This document shows, one piece after another, positions 36,691 to 47,390 of a stretch of DNA of 64,000 bases. Origin of the DNA: Octopus sinensis. Lineage: Eukaryota. Location: positions 102,486,001 through 102,550,000 of the forward strand of contig NC_043006.1 in the NCBI RefSeq assembly GCF_006345805.1, given 5' to 3'. A program made the translations under genes and the position numbers. The notes beneath the pieces were generated by a model. The model had not been told where the DNA came from and searched no databases. It worked only from the letters and a program-made list of their open reading frames with translations. Each line of letters opens with the position of its first letter. Position 1 is the first letter of the stretch.

Positions 36691-37702
36691 TGTAAGAGAC
36701 ACGGTCGCACGTGGTCATATTCTTAATGATTATTTTACAGACCATATAATACATACAGCGGCAAAACACAAGTGGAATGACAACAAGATTTCTTTTTGAG
36801 ATATATACATTATTTATTTTACATATTTTACACTCATGCTTGATGTTGGAAGTTTGTAAGTGTTAGCATGTTTTTGTGTCTGTGTGTTCGTGAGGCATAA
36901 AAGGTACTGACCAGAGAAATAACATTTGGTTCACAGTTCATCTTGTTGGTATCAGCCTAGCAACAGGTAGTAGCAGATGACTTAAGGTAGTTCTTAGAAG
37001 AACTAGCACTCAGGACAGATAATTGATTTACCGTTTATGAGGTACACGGAGGGTAAGAGTTCCATATCAAGTTGTTGCGTCTCGTAGTTGAGATTAATTG
37101 AATCACTTGTTGTGCTTATCTTTCTCTTGATATGAATATACTTCCAGATGTGTTAACTGTAGCCGTTTTTCCCGTGGTGAGATTTTCACCTAACCGCTAT
37201 AGTTGAATCTGTAGTTGTCTTGTGTACAAATTAAATCTTCGATGTTTGGCGATGAGTTGTGTCTGTCGCTTGGTTTTTGCTGCGTCTTCATCATATATTC
37301 TGCTTGGTTATTTTTCTCTTGATATAATGGTGGTCGCCTGCCTTTCGAACTGGAACATGGTCGAGTATGCTCTGTGTGGTCAGAGGTCCGTTCTGAGAAG
37401 AACTAGAACCAAAGACGAACTCTGTGGTCAGAGGTTCGCCCTGAGAAGGACTTGAACCAAAGACGAACTCTGTAGTCAGAGGTTCGCCATGAGAAGGACT
37501 TGAACCAAAGACGAATATTTGTCTGAGAACCCTTCTTTATATAAGGTTTATATGGCTCAAAACGAACTTCAGAAATGGAAAGCTGTGATTGGCTGCTTGG
37601 AAACATGGCGCGAAAATAAGCGGAGGCAAATCGTGTCACGTGACAACCAGCGGTGCGAACGTAGTAGAGACCACGTGTCAGCCAATCGAATTAGTGTTTA
37701 CA
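36691..37702 (-). mobile_element. Putative solo LTR of a second family
   Basis: TGTAA...TTACA termini; CpG-rich promoter-like end with CCAAT, CACGTG and TATA motifs on the minus strand; no TSD found. Confidence 0.45.
37375..37518. repeat. Tandem repeat, 3 x 48 bp
   Basis: TGTGGTCAGAGGTTCGCCCTGAGAAGGACTTGAACCAAAGACGAACTC units at 37375, 37423 and 37471. Confidence 0.95.
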
Positions 37703-37828
37703 ACAATGTTAAACTAGCCGAAGATGTTTGTAATCTCGAACAAGATTATTCTTAATACTCTTCTCAAACAGTGAAGATAGCAATGCGTGCAACGATATTG
37801 CTACAGTAGGATAGAAACCTAATACATC

Positions 37829-38412
37829 TGTAAGAATTAGCACTTCCTTCTCAAAGCTTGGATTCGAAATCAGACCCAAGAATCATTGGTCGTAAAATAC
37901 CAATGCACAAAAAGGCGCGAAATCAGAATCTCTTTGTTCTGACAAAAAATGATGGATCGTCTCCCTTCGACCTCTGACCCGAGCAGGTCAGGCGAAGTTT
38001 AACAGGACGACCAGCGACCTACTGTACGCAATAACACTCTTGCGGTATATATCTATTTTTCTGGCTATTTGAGATGTTATAAATAGAACGGAGAAATAGG
38101 TATCTAGAGAGAACCCGAACCAACGTTTAAGAGAACGACACGCATTTATGAGGACGACGAAAGAATAATCAGAAAGGTGACTCTGTCATGCATGATTTAC
38201 ACACACGCACACACACCACCATCAACATATTCTGCTTTAATGTGTATCCTGTATTATGCATTCCTTTAATATGTATTATTTGCAACCACTATTTAATATG
38301 CATTTTGTACAAGCGATGTGTAACATTGCTTACAAATTGATGTAGTGATAATAAATCTTTAATTTATTACAAAGCACTTATGTATTTATTAATACATCCC
38401 GCATCCACTACA
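37829..38412 (+). repeat. 5' LTR (584 bp)
   Basis: TGTAAG...ACTACA; near-identical to 43117-43697; contains TATAAATA and AATAAA. Confidence 0.97.
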
Positions 38413-38414
38413 TT

Positions 38415-38423
38415 TGGTGACCC
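38415..38423 (+). promoter_or_regulatory. Primer binding site, tRNA-Trp type
   Basis: TGGTGACCC two nucleotides after the 5' LTR, complementary to the tRNA-Trp 3' end. Confidence 0.85.
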
Positions 38424-38529
38424 TCAAAACGAATCGCGCCTTCCCTGGAACCAGCTTCATCAACCGCGTCGAAGAATTACAGTTTGCACATCACCAGCAA
38501 CGAAGCAACTGAAAATTCCGACGAAAACA

Positions 38530-39405
38530 ATGAATCTCCCGGAACAAAACCCAGCGGCCAACATCGACATGGCATTCCAAGCGGCGATCTCGTTAAAAAT
38601 TCCACCATTCTGGACCCACGACCCGACATTGTGGTTTCACCATATAGAGGCACAGTTTGCCTCTCACAGAATATCGAGCGATGCGGCTCGACTTTCTCAC
38701 GTTATCAGTTCTCTGTCACCAGAAATAACGAACGTGATACGCGACCTTATCATGGCACCACCCGGTTCTGTTTCATATGAAGTTTTTAAAACCACGTTAA
38801 TAAACAGAACCTCAGAATCCCAACAAAAAAGACTTCACCAGCTTCTGATATCGGAAGAATTGGGTGACAAAACGCCGTCCCAGCTTCTTCGGAGAATGAA
38901 ACAGCTTCTCGGAGATGAGACGCTCCCAGAAAAAATCTTCAAGCAACTTTTTCTCCAGCGTCTGCCCTCCAATACCCAGGTTGTTCTCGCGTCCACCAGA
39001 GAAAACACATCCCTTGAAGAACTGGCGGAGCTAGCTGACAAAATAGCCGAAGTACCGCACAGATATCCAACGGTATCGACGGTGACGCCAGCCGCTCCCA
39101 GTACCAATCCTTTCCGTGCACAAACCAGTTCTTCAGAGATTTCGGATTTGCGTGCATTAATGACGCAGCAAGCTGCGCAAATACAAATTCTCACAGCCCA
39201 AATACAAGCCCTAAAGTTTAGTCCCCAGCGTCGAAGCACCAGCCGATCTCGACGAGATGGCAGACGGTCTCGAAGCCCCAGTGCTACCCGAAACTCACAT
39301 GACACGTGTTGGTACCACCGAACATTCGGAACACGGGCACAAAAATGTACGGTACCGTGCTCGTTTTCCTCACCCAGTTCGGGAAACGGCACAGCCAGGA
39401 ATTGA
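38530..39405 (+). CDS. gag: Gypsy Gag
   Basis: [25 protein letters not shown] and CWYH-X9-C motifs; ATG 38530 chosen as the first start after the PBS (inferred). Confidence 0.92.
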   Translation: MNLPEQNPAANIDMAFQAAISLKIPPFWTHDPTLWFHHIEAQFASHRISSDAARLSHVISSLSPEITNVIRDLIMAPPGSVSYEVFKTTLINRTSESQQKRLHQLLISEELGDKTPSQLLRRMKQLLGDETLPEKIFKQLFLQRLPSNTQVVLASTRENTSLEELAELADKIAEVPHRYPTVSTVTPAAPSTNPFRAQTSSSEISDLRALMTQQAAQIQILTAQIQALKFSPQRRSTSRSRRDGRRSRSPSATRNSHDTCWYHRTFGTRAQKCTVPCSFSSPSSGNGTARN

Positions 39406-40642
39406 ACGCGACGGAAGTTCCTGGTTCGCACCCACACAGTCGCCTGTTTTTCGTTTGCGATCGTGTAACAGGCACGCGTTTCCTGGTTGACACAGGTGCG
39501 GAAGTCAGCATCATCCCAGTCTCCAACACTTCTGGAAAAAGAAAAGAGACATCAGTCTGTCTTCAGGCAGTCAACCATTCACCCATTCCAACCTACGGTG
39601 AACAGTCCCTAACATTAAACATAGGACTACGCCGCACATTTCAGTGGGTATTCGTCGTCGCTAAACTGCCGACCCCTATCTTAGGAGCCGATTTCCTGCA
39701 TCATTTCGGTCTCCTGGTAGACATAAAGAACAGACGACTTGTCGACACCACCACCAAGCTTACTGTGCGCGGTATAGCCGCTCGAATGGACACAGTCAGC
39801 CCAACTGTAATGCTTACGACAACGACTCGTCACAGTTCCATCCTGAATGATTATCCAGATGTCGCCCGGCCAGTTTTTCATAACCAGCCGATAAAGCACG
39901 ACGTTACCCACCACATCAAAACCAGCGGTCCACCTGTTGCTGCAAGGCCCAGAAGGTTACCACCTGATCGTCTCCAGGCCGTCAAGCGGGAATTCCAGCA
40001 CATGCTCGACCTCGGAATCATCCGCGTTTCCAGCAGCAACTGGTCCTCGCCGATACACTGCGTCCCAAAAAAATCATCGACCGATTGGCGGGTTTGCGGC
40101 GATTATCGATCACTGAATAAAAGCACTATCAGTGATGCCTATCCGGTGCCTTTTCTTCAGGACTTTTCGAGCTCGCTGCATGGAGCTCGCATCTTTTCAA
40201 AAATCGACCTGGTGCGAGCATACAACCAAATCCCAGTCGAACCTGCAGACATCTCAAAGACAGCAGTGACTACACCTTTCGGAATGTTTGAATTCCTGCG
40301 TATGCCTTTCGGTTTACGAAACGCGGCACAGACATTCCAAAGGTTTATCGACATGGTGACTAGAGGTTTGCCTTTCGTCTATGCCTACATAGACGACATA
40401 CTCGTGGCCAGTAACTCGGACGAAGAGCATAATCAACACCTTCACCTGCTATTCGAACGTTTACGTAAATTCGGAATTGTTATCAACCCTACTAAATGTT
40501 TGTTCGGAGTTGCTTCCCTTCATTTTCTCGGCCATATAGTCGATAAAAATGGAATTCGTCCCCTTCCCGAGAAAGTCAAGGCCATCGTGGATTTTCCACC
40601 ACCCACATCTCTCCGCAAATTAAGGGAATATCTCGGTCTAGG
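39381..40642 (+). CDS. pol: Gypsy Pol, protease and reverse transcriptase part (-1 frame relative to gag)
   Basis: [10 protein letters not shown] protease motif; RT motifs [26 protein letters not shown]. Confidence 0.95.
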
Positions 40643-42552
40643 CGAATTTCTATCGACGGTTCGTGCCCCACCTCGCTGAAATAGCGCAACCGCTCACGGA
40701 TTTGCTACGTCAGCGAACCTGCAAAAACGCAGATATAGCTCTGACCGAAGATCAACTCGTTTCTTTCGCTGCCCTGAAAAAAGCGTTATCTAGCGCTACC
40801 ATGTTGGTTTATCCAAAACCAGACGCCCCACGATGTTTACTCGTTGATGCATCCGATTCCGGAATCGGAGGTGTGCTACAACAGCTTGTTGACGGTATAT
40901 GGCAACCGTTGTCTTTCTTTTCTAAGCGGTTAAAACCCGCGGAAACCAAATACAGCACATTCAGTCGGGAATTATTGGCGGCATACCTGGCCGTTAAGCA
41001 TTTCCGTCATATGCTAGAAGGTACCAATTTTGCCATATATACCGACCACAAGCCATTAGTATACGCATTTAACACCAAACCGGATCGCCATTCGCCGAGA
41101 GAAATTCGTCACCTCGACTTCATATCGCAGTACACGACGGATATACGCCACATCAAAGGGACGACCAACGTGGCAGCCGATGCACTTTCACGTGCGCAGA
41201 TCAATGCTATCCACACCACGTCTACAATAATTGATCTGGCACGTATAGCAGCTGACCAGGAGAATGACGAAGAACTTCTAAAGCTCCGGAATTCGTCATC
41301 TCTGAAATTTCAGCATGTTCCACTACCATCATCCACAGCCCATATTTGGTGTGATATTTCCACTGGTTACCAACGCCCTTATGTACCACAGAAATATCGT
41401 CGAGAAGTTTTCTCCGCTCTACATTCTCTGTCACATCCTGGTATTCGCTCCACTCAAAAGCTAATATCGACCCGTTTTGTGTGGACCAGTATCAACAAGG
41501 ATATCAGAGAATGGACCAAGTGCTGTGTTGCGTGCCAAAAAGCGAAAATCCACCGGCACATAAAATCACCAATCGGTTCATTTTCGCAGCCCGATGCACG
41601 ATTTCAGCACGTTCACATTGATATCGTTGGACCCCTGCCACCTTCGCAGAACTATTCATATTTGCTAACTTGCGTAGATAGGTTCTCGCGATGGCCCGAA
41701 GCCTGGCCCCTATCTGATATATCAGCAGAAACGGTCGCTAAAACGCTGATATCACAATGGGTTTCGCGTTTTGGCACACCCGCAACAATTACCACCGACA
41801 GAGGACGTCAGTTCGATTCCCACCTTTTCACCGAGCTGACTCGTCTCCTCGGGTGTAAACACACCCGCACTACAGCTTACCACCCTGCAGCAAATGGCAT
41901 GGTGGAACGCTTTCACCGCCAACTCAAGGCATCTATAAAAGCAGCTCCAGACAGTTCTCACTGGTTGGAACATCTCCCTCTCATCCTCCTTGGAATTCGA
42001 TCCACGATTAAGGAAGAACTGGGATATACTCCGGCCGAACTCGTTTATGGCACAACACTCACCTTACCTGGGCAGATGATCGAACCTGTTTCACAAAACT
42101 TCCCTGACCCACAACAATATGTGCACCGATTACGAACATCCATGTCGCAAGTATCACCCTCAGGCCCCAGACAACAGAACGTCGTTTCACGTGTCCCAAA
42201 AGATATCAACACATGGACTCATGTCTTCGTGAGGAATGATGGGATACCCTCTCAACTTCGACCACCATATTCCGGGCCCTACAAGGTCATCAAAAGAGAA
42301 CCCAAGTATTTCGTCCTCGATATTGGAGGTAAACGAAATACGGTCTCGATTGATCGTTTAAAAAAAGCTTTCATCGAGGAGGACTTACATTCAGTCCCCT
42401 CTTTTCCTCAAACAGACTCGGCAACTCCAGCGAACACCACAGATGCTGCACAACCCCGACACACCAAATCAGGAAGAACAGTTCGATGGCCAGCAAGGTT
42501 TGTGCAAGTTTTTCGGGTAAGTTCTGAACTCCTAACGTATCCATCTTCCTAA
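40643..42552 (+). CDS. pol: Gypsy Pol, RNase H and integrase part (after a 1-nt frameshift)
   Basis: VDASD, RELLA, YTDHKPL, N..ADALSR; integrase HHCC, IDIVG / TDRG / VERFH and GPY motif. Confidence 0.95.
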
Positions 42553-43103
42553 TGAACACATAACTGCATCACCCACCCAGAGAAATCAAAGAACATTTGT
42601 GTACGTAAAGAAAAAAAAATGAAACACAAAACTGTCTGTATGAACTTTTACGGAACATTTCAAAATCGAACTTTGCCGATGAACATTTCTTTCATTTTTG
42701 CATGTACATATTTTTTGTTTTCTTTCAAAATGTTTGCTTTCTCATAAATATATTTTTTTGCTAACTGTATATCCACACACATTTACAAATCTTGTTCTCA
42801 TGCGTGCTATCACTCGATTCGATTTTTTTCGCCACTGAAAGATACCTTGTCTCTATTAGACCTCTAGTAGGTCGAGTAATCAATAGACGCACATCTCTTT
42901 CAACGCGCCAACATAATTCTGCCTGGGCACATATACATATTGCCCACCATATAGCACATACAAATTGTAAACCTCATCCATATTTTTATCGTTCAATGTG
43001 TAAAAAAATTTTTTTCTACATGCACACAATCAAAAAAAAAAAATAATAAAATAATAATAATAATACATTTCCAATATCGTTCGATCTCTGTGGCTTTCTC
43101 ACT

Positions 43104-43116
43104 AGAAGGGGGGTAG
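43104..43116 (+). promoter_or_regulatory. Polypurine tract
   Basis: AGAAGGGGGGTAG immediately before the 3' LTR. Confidence 0.85.
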
Positions 43117-43697
43117 TGTAAGAATTAGCACTTCCTTCTCAAAGCTTGGATTCGAAATCAGACCCAAGAATCATTGGTCGTAAATACCAATGCACAAAAA
43201 GGCGCGAAATCAGAATCTCTTTGTTCTGACAAAAAATGATGGATCGTCTCCCTTCGACCTCTGACCCGAGCAGGTCAGGCGAAGTTTAACAGGACGACCA
43301 GCGACCTACTGTACGCAATAACACTCTTGCGGTATATCTATTTTTCTGGCTATTTGAGATGTTATAAATAGAACGGAGAAATAGGTATCTAGAGAGACCC
43401 GAACCAACGTTTAAGAGAACGACACGCATTTATGAGGACGACGAAAGAATAATCAGAAAGGTGACTCTGTCATGCATGATTTACACACACACACACACAA
43501 CACCATCAACATATTCTGCTTTAATGTGTATCCTGTATTATGCATTCCTTTAATATGTATTATTTGCAACCACTATTTAATATGCATTTTGTACAAGCGA
43601 TGTGTAACATTGCTTACAAATTGATGTAGTGATAATAAATCTTTAATTTATTACAAAGCACTTATGTATTTATTAATACATCCACGCATCCACTACA
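43117..43697 (+). repeat. 3' LTR (581 bp)
   Basis: Differs from the 5' LTR by four small indels and two substitutions by my reading. Confidence 0.97.
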
Positions 43698-44488
43698 CAT
43701 CATTGCAATGCAAACTACATAACTATACAGTTATGTCTGACACAGATTTTACAAATGATTGTAGAGAACTGACAGCCAAACATCAAAGTGGAGTAAAATA
43801 CAGCATATCACAAGAAACTAGGATTGACAGTTGAAGTGTCTCATTACATCTTTTTGTATAAATATATATGTGCAGGTATGGCTGTGTGGTATGAAGTTTG
43901 CTTCCAAACCACATGGTTTTGAGTTCAGTTCCACTGTGAAAAGAGAAATAAATATAGATCTGGAAGGTTTAAGTACCCACTCATAACTTTCTTAATTTTC
44001 AGAAATTTTTTGCATAATCGTATGCATTTCTGTGTGTAAAACACAAATTTGGAAAAGTTTTCTGAAAATTCCAAAAAATAGTTATGAAGGGTTATATGGG
44101 ATGTTTATATGTATATATTTAAATTTATTAATATTAATAAAAATATACATATACTTACATTTTCAGTTCTGTTATTCCTGTTTGCATCAACATACCTTTA
44201 TATATATACTTAAAATGTTGAACAATGTTGCTCAATATATTTTGCATTGCTCATTTGTTAATAAGGGAGAGGGGAAAAAAGCTGCTTGGGAGTGTCATGG
44301 TTGGAACATATGTGTTGCAAGTTCTTCAAGCATGCAAAATGACTTGGACAGTCAAGTATTTTTCAAGTTGTCCTTTTGTTTTTTGCTTTATTTTGGTTTG
44401 GACCATAAAGTTGGAATGCCTGAAAAAGGAGTGCATTAAAAGAGATGCAATGCTCCTCAGATACGCACATATCGTCAGCAACTAAGGG

Positions 44489-44801
44489 TGGAGGCACATG
44501 GCCTAGTGTTTAGAGCAGTGGACTAGTGGTCGAGGGATCGCGGGTTCGAATCTCAGACCGGGTGATGTGTGTGTTTATGAGCGAAACACCTAAGCTCCAC
44601 GCGGCTCCAGCAGAAGGTAATGGTGAAACTTCTGCTGACTCTTTCACCACAACTTTCTCTCACTCTTTCCTCCTGCATCTTGCAGCTCACCTGCGATGGA
44701 CCGGCGTCCCGTCCAGGTAGGGAACCTATATGTCAAGAAACCGGGAAACCGGCCCTTATGAGCCAGGCATGGTTCGAGAAGGAAAAAACAACAACAAAAA
44801 A
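44489..44801 (+). mobile_element. Full-length tRNA-derived SINE
   Basis: TGGCCTAGTG...GGTTCGAATC head, (AAC)n tail, 13-bp TSD CAGCAACTAAGGG (44476-44488, 44802-44814). Confidence 0.9.
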
Positions 44802-45859
44802 CAGCAACTAAGGGACATGTTCAACTGGTTAAGGTCAAACAACTGACAAGCAAATCTGTGGTATTGAGCAGAATATTTGCTGGAGTCCATGTTTTATATC
44901 AAGACAAAACAATGTACATGATAACAGTTAAGATCAGAAGCCATGAGAGCCACTGCCTGGTACTGCATCAGGGCATTTATTACCTCTGCAGAGGTATTGT
45001 TTCAGTCATGTTTGTTTGTTTGCTTGTTTGTCCATGGAGAAAATATCTCAAGAACCACTGGATGGATTAGAATGAAACTTTCAAGGATGTTTGCCCTCGT
45101 GACTGGCACAGTCTCATTAAATTTTGGGATCAATCCAGTACCGGACAAGGATTCTGGATTAGTTTTCTTGTTTTTTTTTTACTTTATATGTATATGTAAA
45201 GTTTCACATAGTTCTCTTGTACACACATACACATATATACTCACATATTTTCAGCGTTGAATATTACCATTCCAATTCCATTGTACACACACACACACAC
45301 ACATGCGTGCATGCATGCAAGCATACCTTTCTTTTACACACACATATGCTCACACTTCAAACACCGTTTATTGGCTTTTTCACTCCTTTTGCTATTCATC
45401 TGTCACTCCTTCCTTTCTTATTCATACAACACTCTCTTTGCCATTTATCTCCTCTACCCTCACCTCTCCCTCCGGCTCTATTACACACACACACTCACAC
45501 ACATACACACAAATATATAAAAAGACAACACTCATTATTATATTAGGAGATTATACATACATTTTAACACTTTACAGTATACTTACATATATACATAATT
45601 CTATACATTGATCTAAAACAACAGGATTACTAAAGGAAGAGCGAAATTTAAGAGAAGAGAAAACCAAAAGGTCTCATGATATTCACTGAAGGATTTTATT
45701 TCAGATATTCTCATTTTAAAAATCATCCCCAGTTAATTGTTGAGAGGACATTGGTGTTACCTTGGCAGAGGTTTACACTCTCTGATTACTCTTGTTATTA
45801 TTCTTATTTATGGTTTCCATTCATTATAACTTTATTTCAGCTGCCTTGGTACCGGGCAT

Positions 45860-46560
45860 CCTCTGGAGACCAAGAGTAGCAAGGAGCACTTTTGTTTTGC
45901 TATGCATGCTAAAATTATCATTATATTCATTCTATTTTAGATGGAGAGTGCTTTCTGTAGTATGTGGGCTGGACCCATCAAGGTTATCTTTTGTAGTTCA
46001 CAGAGACTGGAGTTGCTTAATACACTTCTCAGCCCCCTTCTTTATCATTCCCAACGGACCAATTATTACTGGTATTATCATAGTACTAAGCTTCCGCATT
46101 TTTGTGATTACAATTTGTAGATCTTTTTAGTGAGAAAGCTTTACGTATTCCTCTCTTGAGACATTTTGATCTCATGAGACAGACATACCAATTAACAGAC
46201 AAGTTCCTCTCTTGTAGTCCATGATCACAATGTCTGGTCGATTGGAGTCAATTTTTATGTCTGTTTGTATTGAGAAGTTCCAAAGGATGGTGACGCCCTC
46301 GCCATTTACTACATCCTCTGGATGGTGCCTGTACCATTAATTAAAGAATTTAATTTTGTAGTTATTTACAAGCATTCCAGTGGATGAACTGCCCTAGTCT
46401 GTCATGTCTTATGAGGTACTCCTTGTTGGTGCAGTTACCTCCCTTGACTGCAGGTTTCAACAAACTGGCACTAGAGCGTGAGATTCTGACATGAGGCTTT
46501 GTGACTTTCTCTTTTGGCATCTTGATGTTGGACCGTGAAGACATAATCTAGTTGGCTTTC
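45860..46560 (-). mobile_element. R4/Dong-like LINE C-terminus (zinc-knuckle region and restriction-like endonuclease)
   Basis: EYLIRHDRLGQFIHW, NRPDIVIMD, IPVIIGPLG and LQKITLMGPAHILQKALSI*; frameshifted. Confidence 0.75.
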
Positions 46561-46799
46561 TCACGACACGCAATGACTAGCAGACAGGAGGCAATGCACA
46601 GGAGAAGATCATGGCCTCCACGCATCAAACCATTTCCATTTATCATCCAGCTTGTATATATACGTGTGGCTGACATTAAAGGCATTTAAAGTTACAGCCT
46701 TGTTTTATGTATTCTTTGCACAGTGTTCCTGTCAAATGATATTACAGCCTTCTTGAGTTATATTTAGATGGCTACACAACCAAAGCAAGATAATCATTT

Positions 46800-47390
46800 T
46801 GAGATTAAAGCACGAGCTACCAATTCAGCAGAAATGTTGACTAAAGGGATGGCCTCAGGCCAACGAGAGAACTGATCGATGCAGGTAAGGATGTAAGTGT
46901 ATCTGTCACTGCTGGGCCAAGGACCTACTAGGTCGATGTGGATTTGGTGGAAACATGTGTCAGGTCAGTTGAATCTTCCCAATCGGACACGAATATGTCA
47001 GTGGGCTTTGGAACGTTGACACTGAAGACAGGAACAAGGCGGTAATATGCTGGCGCATGTCTGGACAGAAAAAGCGAGCAGTAATAAGCTTGACCAAGGC
47101 CGCAATGCTTGGATGAGATAAAGAATGTACAGCATCAAACACAATTCGACAGTGATGGTCAGGAACCAGTGGTCTCAGAGCACCTGTTGAAAAGTTGCAA
47201 AGAATGTTTCCATCTGTTGACGATAGAGGCAAGTATTTGAATTGACAGTGTGTGTATGCAGCAGAGGAGGTGTGAACTGAATGAAGAGGTAGTTGGGGGT
47301 GAAGCTAATGTGATCAAATCTGTCACAGCAGGAGTTAATGACAAAACCAGAAGTCTTGGTAATGCGTCAACTGGGATATTTTCAGATCTT
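46800..47390 (-). mobile_element. Older Gypsy integrase fragment related to the full-length element
   Basis: RPLVPDHH.RIVFDAVHSLSHP, HIDLVGP and RWPEAIPL..IS, homologous to 41380-41760. Confidence 0.8.

Larger units (their letters stand above)
37829..43697 (+). mobile_element. Full-length Ty3/Gypsy LTR retrotransposon, CsRn1/Kabuki-like clade
   Basis: TG...CA LTRs at both ends, 4-bp TSD CATC (37825-37828, 43698-43701), tRNA-Trp PBS, PPT, gag with C-X2-H-X9-C, pol order PR-RT-RH-IN. Confidence 0.97.

Noticed and set aside
37375-37518. CRISPR-like direct repeats
   Set aside because: Units are contiguous with no unique spacers, there are no cas genes, and the context is eukaryotic.
38484-41973. 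Alternative-frame and antisense ORFs within the Gypsy element (e.g. 38835-39437 minus)
   Set aside because: Expected shadow ORFs of GC-richer gag/pol; no recognisable motifs.
44489-44560. tRNA gene candidates here and at 2840-2910 and 23960-24035
   Set aside because: tRNA-like heads continue into SINE bodies with tails and TSDs; no complete cloverleaf.
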